A DNA stretch of 64,000 bases from an uncultured delta proteobacterium (lineage in GTDB: Bacteria > Myxococcota_A > Polyangia > Haliangiales > Haliangiaceae): the NCBI GenBank assembly GCA_963743525.1, contig CAVUQH010000004.1, positions 96,001 through 160,000 of the forward strand, read 5' to 3'. The translations under genes and the position numbers were made by a program. Below are positions 1 to 14,083 of the stretch, one piece after another (the stretch's first letter is position 1; the number at the start of each line of letters is the position of its first letter). Below the pieces are notes generated by a model, which worked only from the letters and a program-made list of their open reading frames with translations, made no database searches and was not told the DNA's origin.

Positions 1-1
1 G

Positions 2-1285
2 CAGTGGCAAGGCGAAGCCTGGACGCGCCAGCAGCACCTCCAGGGTGCGGCGCAACACCGGCCGCTCGGCCAGCGAGTACGGACCGTGGCCGCGAATGTG
101 CAGGGTACCGACGACGCGGTTCCAGAACAGGTCGGCGCCGACCGCGGTGACCGGCGGTGTCCACACCCGCGCCAGCGGCAGCTCGCCGGCGCCGTGGCGC
201 GAGCGCTCGACCAGGCGCACGTCACCGGCGCTGGCGAAACCGCGCGCGACCAGCTCGTCGATCAGTGCCAGGCGGCGGGAGAAATGAAGGATGGGGCAGC
301 GCCGCACGACCCGGCGCAACTCGGACAGGGCGGCGGGAAAGTCGTCGGGACCGGCAGCCAGGGCCATGCGCAGGCGCACGAAGCTGGTCATCACCGAGTG
401 TCCGCTGTCCTCCCAGAACGGCAGCGCGCGGGCGCCCGCGCGGCGGGCAGCGGGGAGATTCTCGGCCAGGATCGACACCTCGAGGGTGGCGACGTCGCGA
501 AACGCCTCGAGCGGACCACGGGCGTTTCGCCGCCGCCGCGGCCAGGTAGCGGCCAGCGCCCGAGCACCGCGCAGGTTGCCGGCGCGCGCCCTCCCGGAGA
601 CCACGTTGGCCTCCGTGTAGGCGCGGGCGATGCCGAGATCGTGCTCGATGCAGACCGCCAGCGCTTCCTCGACCAGCGCCTCCTCCTCGGCGTAGCGCTG
701 CTGGAACGACGCCACGCCGCCCTCGGTGCGCAGCACGAACTGGCGAGCGTTGGGGTTGGGATGGGGGTGACGTCGCTTCCAGTCGGCGATGATCTCCTCG
801 GCCTGGGCGAACTGATCCATCAGCGACAGCGCCCAGACGGCGTGGAACAAGCCGTGGGCCAGCTCGTCGTCGTCGAGGAACCAGCCGTGCGCGCGCGACA
901 GCTCGATCGCCGCCCGCAGCTCGCCGCGAAACAGCGAGTTGACGACGTCGAGCGCGGCCACCTGCGGATCGGTGGCGCCCAGCTCGCGCAGGTGCGCCGC
1001 GGCCGCGCCGGGCGCCACGTTGACGCAGTAGATGACCTCCGCGTGGCGCAGCGCAGGGCTGTCCACGCCGGCGTGACGCCAGCGGCGGAGCAGCGCCCGC
1101 GCTTCGTGAGAGAAGCCGAGCCCGGCCCACACCAGCGCGTGCTCGATCATCAGCGCCAGCTGCCACGGCTGCGGCGTGCGCTCGCGGGCGACCCGCTCGA
1201 ACACCCGCGCCGCGGTGGCGTAGGCGCCGGCCGCGCCGGGGTCGGCGCACACGCCGGCGAACGCGTCGGTCAGCTCACGCTCCAC
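2..1285 (-). CDS. Helical-repeat (TPR-like) protein, probably with a C-terminal winged-helix DNA-binding domain; runs off the window start
   Basis: Absent from the ORF track because no stop lies in the window. Manual translation from GTG 1285 (AAGGAAA upstream): VERELTDAFAGVCADPG...DLFWNRVVGTLHIRGHGPYSLAERPVLRRTLEVLLARPG. The end resembles the lead-in to the wHTH of the 16948-20076 protein. Confidence 0.6.
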   Translation of the reverse strand, partial: MERELTDAFAGVCADPGAAGAYATAARVFERVARERTPQPWQLALMIEHALVWAGLGFSHEARALLRRWRHAGVDSPALRHAEVIYCVNVAPGAAAAHLRELGATDPQVAALDVVNSLFRGELRAAIELSRAHGWFLDDDELAHGLFHAVWALSLMDQFAQAEEIIADWKRRHPHPNPNARQFVLRTEGGVASFQQRYAEEEALVEEALAVCIEHDLGIARAYTEANVVSGRARAGNLRGARALAATWPRRRRNARGPLEAFRDVATLEVSILAENLPAARRAGARALPFWEDSGHSVMTSFVRLRMALAAGPDDFPAALSELRRVVRRCPILHFSRRLALIDELVARGFASAGDVRLVERSRHGAGELPLARVWTPPVTAVGADLFWNRVVGTLHIRGHGPYSLAERPVLRRTLEVLLARPGFALPL

Positions 1286-1363
1286 TTTCCTTATCTAACA
1301 TGAAAGGTAAAGAAATGGAGAGTAACTCGTCCAGCGACGGCACCGGAGCGCATCGTCGGCGCC

Positions 1364-2455
1364 ATGTACCGCACGTGGATCCCGCTGCTCACCGGCACCA
1401 GCCTGCTGTTCACTGGCTGCGCGCCCGATCTATCCGGTGACCGACAGGAGGTAATCGGCGGCAACCCGACGCCGGCCGGCGCCTACCCGGCGACCGGCGC
1501 GCTGATCCTCCACGGCGGAACCAACGGAACGCCGGCGCAGTACGTGGACTGCACCGGCACACTGGTCGCCCCCGATCTGGTCGTGACCGCGGCGCACTGC
1601 GTGCACTCGTCGCTGACCATGAACCAGACGCCGAGCTTCACCCTGGCGCTCGACGGCATGAACGCACCCACCGCCGAGATTCACGCCGGCGCCACGGCCA
1701 TCCCCTACCCGACCTTCAATCCCCAGCACCAGCCGTCGACCAGCGTCGGCGACGAGCACGACATCGGTGTGCTGGTGTTGGCCGACCCGATCTACGGCGT
1801 CGACTACGCCCGCCTGCCGCGCATGGGCGAGACCGCCGGCATCAGCACCGGCGCCGAGGTCGAGATCGTCGGCTACGGCTTTACCGTCGAGAGCGACCTC
1901 AACCACTACGGGGTCAAGAACAACGCCACCACCCACCTCACCGACATCGGCACCCACGAGATCGGCGTGGCCAGCCCGGGTGAGCCGCAGAACTGCCAGG
2001 GTGACTCCGGCGGGCCGGCCATGCTCGACGGCAGCGGCGGCATGCGCATCATCAGCGTGGTGTCGCGCGGCACCACCACCGATGCCAGCAACTGCAGCCA
2101 GGGCGGCATCCACACCCGCATCGATCCGTACCTGGAATGGATCGACCAGCAGGTCGACGACATCCCGTGCGGCAGCGGACTGTCGGCCGACTGCCCCCAG
2201 CAGCCCGACGCCGGCACCACCGGCAACGGCACGCCAGACGCCGGCTCCGGTGGCGGCAACGGCGGACCAGATGCCGGCCCCGGCGGTGGCAGCTCGACCG
2301 ACGGCGGAGACGGCCATGGCGGCGGCGCCAACTGCGGCGGCGACCAGGCCGGCGGCTGCGCCATCGGCGGCGGCGGGTCGTCGAGCGGCGCGCCGTTCAC
2401 CCTGCTCTTGCTCGCCGGAATCGCCCTGGCCTGCCGGCGACGGCGCCGGGCGTGA
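1364..2455 (+). CDS. S1 (trypsin-fold) serine protease with lipoprotein-like signal and MYXO-CTERM tail
   Basis: TAAHC, HDIGVL and CQGDSGGP catalytic motifs; N-terminal LLFTGC; Gly-rich linker, then GGC, a hydrophobic stretch and RRRRR. Confidence 0.9.
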   Translation: MYRTWIPLLTGTSLLFTGCAPDLSGDRQEVIGGNPTPAGAYPATGALILHGGTNGTPAQYVDCTGTLVAPDLVVTAAHCVHSSLTMNQTPSFTLALDGMNAPTAEIHAGATAIPYPTFNPQHQPSTSVGDEHDIGVLVLADPIYGVDYARLPRMGETAGISTGAEVEIVGYGFTVESDLNHYGVKNNATTHLTDIGTHEIGVASPGEPQNCQGDSGGPAMLDGSGGMRIISVVSRGTTTDASNCSQGGIHTRIDPYLEWIDQQVDDIPCGSGLSADCPQQPDAGTTGNGTPDAGSGGGNGGPDAGPGGGSSTDGGDGHGGGANCGGDQAGGCAIGGGGSSSGAPFTLLLLAGIALACRRRRRA

Positions 2456-2456
2456 A

Positions 2457-4253
2457 TCAGAACCAGTCCGGGAGCATACGCTCGTAGGCGTCGTCGTTGT
2501 CGCGGCAGCGCTCGGCGAGCAGGCCGATGCGCGGCACTTCGGTGGCGAACCAGTATTGCGCCGTCGCCAGCTGGCCGCGGTAGAAGTCCCCGTCGGCGTC
2601 GCTCCGTCCGAGCCCGGCGCGTGCGGCAGTCGCGCGCCGCAGCCACAACCAGGCAACGACCGCCGTGCCCAGCATGTCGAGGTAGTCGGCGCTGTGGCGG
2701 AGCATCGCCGCGGGGTCGCCGAGTGCACCCACGGCCTGCGTGGCGCCGGCGATCTGGCCCAGTGCCGCCGGCAGCGCATCGCACCAGGCCGCGTCCACCC
2801 CGGCAGCGCGCGCGCGGGCGATCGACTCGCCGACGACCTCGCCCAGCGCGGCCAGCGCGGCACCGCGCGTGCCCAGCACCTTGCGACCGAGGAGATCCAG
2901 GCTCTGGATGCCGGTGGTTCCCTCGTGGATGCTGTTGAGCTTCTGATCGCGCAACCACGCCTCGGGCAGGTACTCGCTGGAATAGCCGTAGCCGCCGTGC
3001 ACCTGCAGCGCCAGGGCATTGGACTCGAACCCCTTCTCCGCGGGGAACGACTTGGCGATCGGCGTCAGCAGATCGAGCAAGAGCTGGGCCCGGCTGCGCT
3101 CGGCCTCGGTTTCCGCATGCGCGGCCAGATCGGCGTACTGCGCCGTTGCCACGACCACCGATAGCGCGCCCTCGACGATCGCCTTCTGCCGCAACAGCAT
3201 GCGCCGCACGTCGGCGTGATCGATGATCGGAACCTGCGGCGCCGCCGGGTCCTTGTTTCCCAGCGGGCGCCCCTGCGGCCGCGTCCGCGCGTACTCGACC
3301 GACTCGTGGTAGGCGACCGACGCCGTGGACACGCCGTTGGCGCCGACCATGATGCGCGCCTCGTTCATCATCTGGAACATGTGGGCGAGCCCGCGATTGG
3401 GCTCCCCGACCAGCCAGCCGTGGCAGTCGCCGTTTTCGCCGTAGCTCATGGCCATGCTCGGAAGCCCGCGCCAGCCGATCTTGTGGATCAGACCAGCGGC
3501 GTGGACATCGTTGTCAACCAGGCCGCCGGCCTCCGGGCGCCGCTTGGGCACCGCGAACAGCGAGATGCCGCGCGAGCCTTCGGGGGCGCCGTCGATGCGC
3601 GCCAGCGTCAGGTGGACGATGTTCTCCGCCAGGTCGTGCTCGCCGCCAGAGATGAAGATCTTGTTGCCGCGAATCAGGAAGTGGCCATCGTCGGTCGGGG
3701 TCGCCGTGGTGACGATGTCGGCCAGGCTGCTGCCGGCCTGCGGCTCGGTCAGCGCCATCGTGCCGGTCCAGCGACCGTCGTACATCGGCGCCATGAAGGC
3801 TCGCTGAAGCTCCTCGTCGCCGAACGCCTCGATCAGATGTGCCGCCCCGAGCGTCAGCCCGACGTAGCCGTAGGCGCTGAGGTTGGCGGCCATCAGGTAG
3901 GTCGTCGCCACGGTGAAGACTGCCATCGGCAGCTCCTGACCGCCGACCGCCTCGGGCCGCGACGCGGTGAGCAGGCCCAGGTCAACGATGCCGCGGTAGA
4001 GCTGCTTCAGCTGCGGATGGACGCGCACCTCGCCATCGGCGAGTGCGGGCGGGTTGGCATCAATCTCGCGATACGACGGGTACAGCTTGCTGCGCGCGAA
4101 CCGCCGCGTCGCCTGCAGCACCATGCCGAACGTCTCTCGCGAGTGCTCGGCGAACGCCGGCAGCGCACACAACGCCTCGACGTCGAGCACCTCGTACAGC
4201 AAGAAGTCGACGTCGCGGTCGCTGATGAGCGGATTGGCTGCCGGGGTCGCCAT
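2457..4253 (-). CDS. Acyl-CoA dehydrogenase (long, ~600 aa type)
   Basis: [51 protein letters not shown]. Start placed at ATG 4253 ([22 protein letters not shown]). Confidence 0.92.
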   Translation of the reverse strand: MATPAANPLISDRDVDFLLYEVLDVEALCALPAFAEHSRETFGMVLQATRRFARSKLYPSYREIDANPPALADGEVRVHPQLKQLYRGIVDLGLLTASRPEAVGGQELPMAVFTVATTYLMAANLSAYGYVGLTLGAAHLIEAFGDEELQRAFMAPMYDGRWTGTMALTEPQAGSSLADIVTTATPTDDGHFLIRGNKIFISGGEHDLAENIVHLTLARIDGAPEGSRGISLFAVPKRRPEAGGLVDNDVHAAGLIHKIGWRGLPSMAMSYGENGDCHGWLVGEPNRGLAHMFQMMNEARIMVGANGVSTASVAYHESVEYARTRPQGRPLGNKDPAAPQVPIIDHADVRRMLLRQKAIVEGALSVVVATAQYADLAAHAETEAERSRAQLLLDLLTPIAKSFPAEKGFESNALALQVHGGYGYSSEYLPEAWLRDQKLNSIHEGTTGIQSLDLLGRKVLGTRGAALAALGEVVGESIARARAAGVDAAWCDALPAALGQIAGATQAVGALGDPAAMLRHSADYLDMLGTAVVAWLWLRRATAARAGLGRSDADGDFYRGQLATAQYWFATEVPRIGLLAERCRDNDDAYERMLPDWF

Positions 4254-4263
4254 GCCCCGGACT

Positions 4264-5352
4264 CTAACAGGGGACTGGCGGCAGGGTGACCTCGAGCAGC
4301 TCGAGGTCGGCGGAGCCGTCGTCGAAGGTGCACGGCGAATCCGCGGGCAGGACGACGGAATCCCCGGCGCGGAGCTGCTGGGCCTCGTGCCCGGCACGGC
4401 GCAGCGTGACCTCTCCCGCGAGCAGGAACAGGAACAACAGCTCGGCGTCGTGACGCAACGTCACCGGGGAAGGCGCCGATGCGACGCGAGCGACACGCGC
4501 CGCAGCGACGCCGCCGGTCGCCGCCTCCATGCCCAGGTCGCGCGCTTCGAACCCGGGCGCGCGCCACGGCGTCCATTCGGCGTCCGCCGCCTGGTGCCTG
4601 ACGAACCGCTGGCCGCCGAAGTCGCGGTCCGGCAGCAGCGAGCCGGTCGGCAGCGTCATCTCGTGGTCGGCCCAGGTCTCGTGGTCGGCGGGCGAGCCGA
4701 GCTCGATCACCTCGAGCCCCGGGGAGCACTCCAGCACCCGGTGGCGAATCTGCGGCGGCTGCAGCACGCAGTCGCCGGCGTGCAAGACGAACGGCGGGCC
4801 CTGGTCCTCGTACACCACCCGCACCCAACCGCGGTAGCAGTAGATCATCTGGAAGCGGATCTTGTGGAAGTGCTCGTAGTCGGGCACCGGGCCGCCGTCC
4901 GGGATCTGGATGTGCGAGGCGATGAAGCGGCCGCCCTGCCGATCGGGAATCAGGTCGCGATAGCGCATGCCGGCGCGCCCCTCGCCCCAGCGAGCGTCCG
5001 CCGCGCGGCTGAGCACGAACGACGGGCGGAGCGGCGGAAGCACCAGCGGCGGCTCGGCCTCGACCAATTCGACGCGCGTGCCGTTGGGCGCCGTCAGCTC
5101 GGTCGTGCCGCCGCCGACCACCGCCGGCTCACTGCAGAGCAGCCGCAGCACCCCCGGCGCGCCCGCGGCGCCGCGCTGCAGCCGCAGCCGCAGCCCGTGG
5201 CCTGAAACCACCGCCACCGTCGGATCGTCCGCCGGGATGATGGTGTCGACGCGGAATCCGAGCCGCTCGGTGAAGAAGCGCAGCGTGTCGTTGATCTCGC
5301 CGCAGGGCAGGACCACCTCCGCGGCGCGAATCGGGGCGTCGGCGCTCATCAT
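4264..5352 (-). CDS. VOC/glyoxalase plus cupin domain protein
   Basis: N-terminal FFTERLGFR...PNGTRVELV (VOC-like); cupin motifs [12 protein letters not shown]...[12 protein letters not shown]; second cupin-like domain at the C-terminus. Confidence 0.75.
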   Translation of the reverse strand: MMSADAPIRAAEVVLPCGEINDTLRFFTERLGFRVDTIIPADDPTVAVVSGHGLRLRLQRGAAGAPGVLRLLCSEPAVVGGGTTELTAPNGTRVELVEAEPPLVLPPLRPSFVLSRAADARWGEGRAGMRYRDLIPDRQGGRFIASHIQIPDGGPVPDYEHFHKIRFQMIYCYRGWVRVVYEDQGPPFVLHAGDCVLQPPQIRHRVLECSPGLEVIELGSPADHETWADHEMTLPTGSLLPDRDFGGQRFVRHQAADAEWTPWRAPGFEARDLGMEAATGGVAAARVARVASAPSPVTLRHDAELLFLFLLAGEVTLRRAGHEAQQLRAGDSVVLPADSPCTFDDGSADLELLEVTLPPVPC

Positions 5353-5397
5353 GCCCCCGCAGCCTAGGCGAACCCGAGCCGCCGAAGATAGTCCCGG

Positions 5398-5751
5398 CTA
5401 CGTCTCTTCCTCTTGCGGCACCTCACATAGATCGGAGCGGATGATGAACCGCACCCCTTCGGGGGCCTCCAGCGAGAAGCCGGAGCCGCGGCCGGGGACG
5501 ACGTCCAGGGTCAGGCGGGTGTGTTTCCACCGCTCGTACTGGTCGCCGCCGATGTAGAACGGCGTGCCTTCGACTTCGCCGAGCAGGACGTCGCGGGCGC
5601 CGATGCGCAGCTCGCCGGCCTGGTAGCACATGGGGGCGCTGCCGTCGCAGCAGCCGCCCGACTGATGGAACATGAGCGGGCCGTGGCGCGCCGTGAGCTC
5701 ACGGATCAGTCGGGCGGCGCTGTCGGTCGCGCTGACGAGGGGAGTCGTCAC
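5398..5751 (-). CDS. DUF779 family protein
   Basis: MFHQSGGCCDGSAPMCY and GRGSGFSLEAPEGVRF signatures; directly downstream of the aldehyde dehydrogenase, as is usual for this family. Confidence 0.88.
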   Translation of the reverse strand: MTTPLVSATDSAARLIRELTARHGPLMFHQSGGCCDGSAPMCYQAGELRIGARDVLLGEVEGTPFYIGGDQYERWKHTRLTLDVVPGRGSGFSLEAPEGVRFIIRSDLCEVPQEEET

Positions 5752-5758
5752 GCCTCTC

Positions 5759-7279
<1,521 letters not shown>

Positions 7280-7317
7280 GCGCCTCTCCTTGCAGTTGTA
7301 GTTGCGCCCGGTTCCTT

Positions 7318-7334
7318 CGCATGTGCCGTACCAG
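7318..7334 (-). promoter_or_regulatory. sigma54 -24/-12 promoter of the aldehyde dehydrogenase operon
   Basis: CTGGTACGGCACATGCG (GG-N10-GC) about 40 nt upstream of the start; a divergent sigma54 activator is adjacent. Confidence 0.75.
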
Positions 7335-7471
7335 CCGCCGGCCCACGCAAGATCGACCGCTTGCGGCCGGCCCCGGCGCGATGTGCAACGGACGGGTGTA
7401 GCGATTCGAGTCAGTGTGAGATCCCCGTGGTGAGGAACCTTCGCTCTTGCTAGCCTCACCTCGGGCTCGTC

Positions 7472-9469
<1,998 letters not shown>

Positions 9470-9475
9470 TCGCGC

Positions 9476-11507
9476 TCAGCCGCACGGCTCGAGGCGGAGC
9501 CACTGCAGGCGCATGCTGGCGGGCATGCTGACGTAGAAGTCCCACGCCAGGTCGGCGCCGCGCTGGCAGCTGCCCATGACCCGGCCCGAGAGGATGTCGC
9601 GGAGCTGATAGCGGCGGTCCGGGTCCAGGCCGATGGCGTCGGTGACGTAGGTCGGCAGGTAGAAGTCCTGGGCAACGTCGCGGTACCAGAGGTTGTGAAA
9701 GGTGAAGACGACGTTGCCGTCGTCCGACCAGGCGACGCGGGCGAAGATGCGGCTGTCGGCGTCGCCGGTCCAGCGGCTGCGCAGGAAGACGCCGTGTTGG
9801 GCGCGCAGCGCGCGGTTGGCCGGGTCGAGGCGGGCCTCGATCATGTCGTGATAGAAGCCGGTCAGGGCGTCGGCGTCGCCGCGCTGCTCGGCCATGCCGT
9901 CGAAGCGGCTGCGCAGGATGTCGGACTTGCGGAACTGCAGGCGCTCGGGCTCGCCGCGCTCCTGGCCCATCAGCAGCATCGGCGTCGACCAGGTGGTGGC
10001 GCCGATGCCCCAAAAGCCGGCGCCGGTCCACGGATCGAAGCCGGTGCCCTGGACCAGGCGCTCCTCGTCGTGGGTCTCGAGCGCGGTCATCACGTAGGTG
10101 CGCCCGTCGAAGCGCTCGCGGTTGCCGACCACCCACTCGACGTGGGCGGTGTCCTTGGTGACGCCGTCGCGGCCGGCCATGTCGCGCAGATAGCCCTCGG
10201 TCATGACGTCGGCGACGTGGCTCATGCCGCCCTGGTCGTGGAACTCTTCGGCCAGGAAGACCGGCCGATCCTGGCCGCGCAGCCAGGCGTAGTAGTCGAC
10301 CTTGGACAGGATGTAGTCCCACTCGTTGGGGCCCAGGCCGCTGAAGTAGTCAGTGGTGTGGTCCAGGCGGAAGCCGTTGACGCCGCGCGACACCCAGTAG
10401 TTGAGGATGCGGAACAGGTATTCGCGCTCGCGCGCCAGCTCGTGCTGGTGCCAGTTACCCTTCCTGGTGGAACAGGAATTTGACGTCCGGCCACCAGCTG
10501 GCGAACAGGTCACCGATACCGGTCGCCGGGTCCCAGGCGTCGCCGCCCAGGTAGAAACCGGGTGCACCGAACTCGAGGTAGCCGGGGTCGCAGGGAAACT
10601 GGTCGCGCTCCCAATCCAGGGCGACGCGCCACATGTTGAAAGCGCGGACCAGCGCATCTCCGCCGAGCGACGGGCAACGCGCGCGCAAGGCGTCGAGCTC
10701 GGGCGAATTCGGTAGCGCGTCGGGGGTGTCGAGCAACGCCGGGTGTACGAGCTGGTCGTCGCGGGTGGCGGCGAAGTCCCACAGCCGGCCCAGATCCTCG
10801 CCGCGGGCGATGCGCTCGCGCACCGGGTCGAACGCGACGTAGTCGTACATCAGATAGTTGTGGCCCAGGTGATTGAAGGCGACGTCGAGCAGCACCTTCA
10901 TGCCGCGACCGTGGGCCGCGGCGATCACCCGCTCGAGGGCGCCGTTGCCCCAGCACGGCTGCTCGGAGTATTCGTCGCGGCCGGCGGCGATGCAGGCGTC
11001 GTCGAGGGTTCCGCGCACGTGCACGTAGTCGCGGACGGCGTACGGTGAGCCCAGGTTGTCGCAGCCGTCGGGGACGCCCCACCGATCGTTGTTGGGAAAG
11101 ACCGGCATCAACCACAAGGCGTTGGCGCCGACCTTCTCGTCAACATAGCGCACGGTGATGCCGGCGCGGTAGTCGGCGCTGTCCTGCAGCAGGTCGTCCA
11201 GCGTGCCCAGCTTGATGCTCTCGAGCCAACCCAGGTCGCCGCAGCTGCCGTTGTCGACGCGGTAACGAATCGCCGGCGCCACCTTGGCGGCGCACTGCGC
11301 GCGCTGCCAGTCGGCACCGAGGTCGGGTTGACAGGCATTGGCCGTGCGCACCTGGATCTCGTACAGCACCATGTCGCCGGCGGCGCCGTTGAGCTGGTTG
11401 TACTCGTCGGTCGGAAGCTCGTAGTGCCGCGAACGCAACCCGGGCGGATCGTCCGAGGCGCAGGCGGCTAGCAGGGTCGCGCCGACCAACAGGGCAGCAG
11501 TCTTCAT
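9476..11507 (-). CDS. GH13 alpha-amylase-family lipoprotein, frameshifted at ~10459
   Basis: Lipobox LLAAC; LWLMPVF, GSPYAVRDY, DVAFNH in ORF 10455-11507; GFRLDH, FLAEE, ETHDE in ORF 9476-10657. Removing one G from GAAGGGTAAC restores FHQEGNWHQHE. Confidence 0.85.
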
Positions 11508-11519
11508 GACCGCCGTCGC

Positions 11520-11535
11520 AGCAACCGGCGTGCCC
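11520..11535 (-). promoter_or_regulatory. sigma54 -24/-12 motif upstream of the GH13 gene
   Basis: GGGCACGCCGGTTGCT; the -12 C is 14 nt from the A of ATG 11507; no Shine-Dalgarno. Confidence 0.65.
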
Positions 11536-11653
11536 GAACCATGTTCGCCCGTGCAGCGACTGCCTCGGGCGAATCGCGCTGACTACCGACGGCACCGGGC
11601 GGGTGCAACTGGCGCCTCGACCTTCCGGCCAGTTGCGTTCGGCAACGCCCGGC

Positions 11654-13883
11654 TCAGCTGGCGGCGGCGACCGAGGGCGACAGGCTCTGGGCGATGCTGG
11701 CCGCGTGCACGCTGGCGCCGAGGCAGGCCGCGTACTCGGGCGGCACGCCGGACAGCACCGGGACGTGCAGGCGATCGCGCAGCATCTGGCGCACCAGCGG
11801 GATATACGCCGTTCCGCCGGACAGGCAGATCGCCGACAGCCGCACCGGGGCGACACCGGCTCGACGCAGGCCCTGGGCCACGGTCTCGAGCGAGCGCTCG
11901 ACCAGCGGCGTCCACAGACGCTCGCAGGTGTGGCGGTCGAGGCGGATGCGCAGATCTTGCTCGCCGGCGGCCGTGCGCAGCGCAGCCGGAATCGCCAACA
12001 CGGCGTGCTCTTCGACCGCCGACAGCCGCCGCTTGGTGCGCTCGCAGGCGAACAACAACCGCTGCCACTCGACAGCGCGCGTTCGCAGGTCGATGCCGTG
12101 GCGGCGCCAGATTCTGATTGGCCACGGCGTTGGCGATCGCCGAGTCGAAGTCGTCGCCGCCGAGCCAGCTGTCGCCGGAGGTGGCGAGCACCCGCACGTC
12201 GCCGGCCGAGGTGTTGACGACCGAGAAGTCGAAGGTACCGCCGCCGAAGTCGTAGACGCCGACCAGCCCCTGGAAGCGCGGGTCGCGGCGGTTGGCCATG
12301 GCTGCCGCGGTCGGCTCGTCGATGACCGAGATGACCTGCAGCCGGGCCAGCTCCGCGGCGCGGCGCAACGACGCCAGGCGCTGCGAGTCGAAGCTGACCG
12401 GCACCGTCAAGACGACCTTCTCGACCGCCTGCCCCAGATGCGATTCGGCGGTCTCGCGCGCGGCGCGCAAGACCATGCCGGCGATCTGCGCGACCGCGTA
12501 CTGGTCGCCCCACATCTCGACCGACACGCCGCCGTCGGGCGCTTGCGAGGTTCGGTAGGGAGCCTGTCCGATCAGCCCCTGGATGTTGCGATCGCGGAAC
12601 GGCACGCCGACCAGGCGCTTGACCGACGCGATCGTGTGGGTCGGATCGGTGGGAAGACGCTTGCGCGCGGCCTCCCCGACCAGGGTCTCGTGGGCGGTGG
12701 GAAACGCCACCACAGACGGCGCCGACACCGCGCCATCGGACCAGGGAATCAACCGCACCTTGCCGCCCATGGCCACCGAGATCGACGAGTTGGTGGTGCC
12801 GAAGTCGATGCCCAGCACGATCGGCACCGCCTGGTGGCTGCCGGTGCCACGGGCCAGCCGTGGCTTCTGCGGTACCGCTTCCTTTTCCGTCTCCGACGGG
12901 TGCGCGATCGGCAGCTCGGCCGAACGCCGCGCTGCATCGAGGATACGAGTGAAGCGCTCGTCCTCGACCGGGTCGAGCTCGATGCCCAGCCCCGGGCGCC
13001 GGCCGCTGCGCCACGCGAGCTCGGGCGTGCGACTGGTGGCGACGCGTCCGGTCAACATCAGGGGCTCGCCGCGCTTGATGGCAATGCTCGCCTGGATGCG
13101 ATCGCCGCGGGTCGCCGACTCGGTGGTGACCACGAACAGCCCGCGCTCGCTGATGTCCTGCGTGACCAGCTGGACCGGCCCCGCCCACGACGAGCACTGC
13201 AGCTGCATCTTGATGGGGAACGCGTAGCGGTCACAAATGCGCCGCCGCGGCCCGGCTGGACCGACCGACCGCGCCACCATCTTTTGCACCGTCTCGGCGG
13301 CGTTCTCGAAGATGTGCGACAGCAACGCGCCGTACGAGCCGAGCTTCTTGCCGTAGTAGCGGTCCGGGTGGAACTCCTTGGACAGCTGGTAGTAGGCGCG
13401 CTTCAGCTCGCGACGGGTGGAGTCGGTGCGGATGCCGAGGAGCTCGTGGTAGTCGCCCCGCTGCAGCATTCGCGCAGCGCCGAGGATGCGGCGCCGCTCC
13501 CACGGCTCGAGCTCGACCTCTTCTTCGAGCAGCTTGCGCTCGGCGTCGGTGATCTGACCGAGCTCGCTGGGGTCAACGATTTCGAAGTCGTCGTCCGGCA
13601 ACGCATCGCCCAACCCGACGGCGTTCAGCAGCAACAGCTGACGAAGGAACGCCACCGCCTGGTCGCGCCCGAGCGTGCTCTTTTGAATGAGCTCGCCGAC
13701 CGACGTGCGCTCGCCGATGCGGTTCCACAGCTCGTAGTGCCCCGGGCCCAGGCCTGCATGTCGACGCGGCTCGAACGCGGGATTGCGCACCACCTGCTTC
13801 GACAGGTCGCCGATGCCCTCGATATGGTCAGCCGGCAGAGGCACTATTCGATCAAAGTAACACACCGAGATTGCTGCTGACAC
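11654..13883 (-). CDS. J-domain-PilZ-Hsp70 nucleotide-binding-domain fusion protein, frameshifted at ~12112 (start uncertain)
   Basis: YHELLGI...LKRAYYQLSKEFHPDRY (J domain); RICDR...DISERG (PilZ); GIDFGTTNS, DEPTAAA, YDFGGGTFD, LGGDDFD, SGGTAYIP (Hsp70 NBD). Removing one base at 12112-12113 gives ANQIWRRHGIDLRTRAVEWQRLLFACERTKRRLS. Confidence 0.85.
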
Positions 13884-14012
13884 GCCCGTTTTCTCTGACG
13901 CGAGCCGGCACGTCGAAAGGACACTCAGGTGTTAAGACAGCTCACCGTTTCCGAGGCGAGGAGTACCCCGCCCGCGACTGCTGCGAATGGGGAAGAATTC
14001 GCGACTCGGTTC

Positions 14013-14048
14013 AACGAAACCGTCCTGGCTCGAGATGAGCCAGGACGG
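14013..14048 (-). terminator. Probable intrinsic terminator after the 14084-15019 gene
   Basis: Perfect 12-bp stem CCGTCCTGGCTC/GAGCCAGGACGG with a 5-nt loop, followed by TTTCGTT on the minus strand. Confidence 0.55.
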
Positions 14049-14083
14049 ATCAGTCGGTCTCCTTCGGACGGCCCGAGGCGGGC

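Noticed and set aside
13885..14083. Structured intergenic region as a possible ribozyme or riboswitch
   Set aside because: No CUGANGA...GAAA hammerhead core or other recognisable consensus; the strong hairpin is explained as a terminator.
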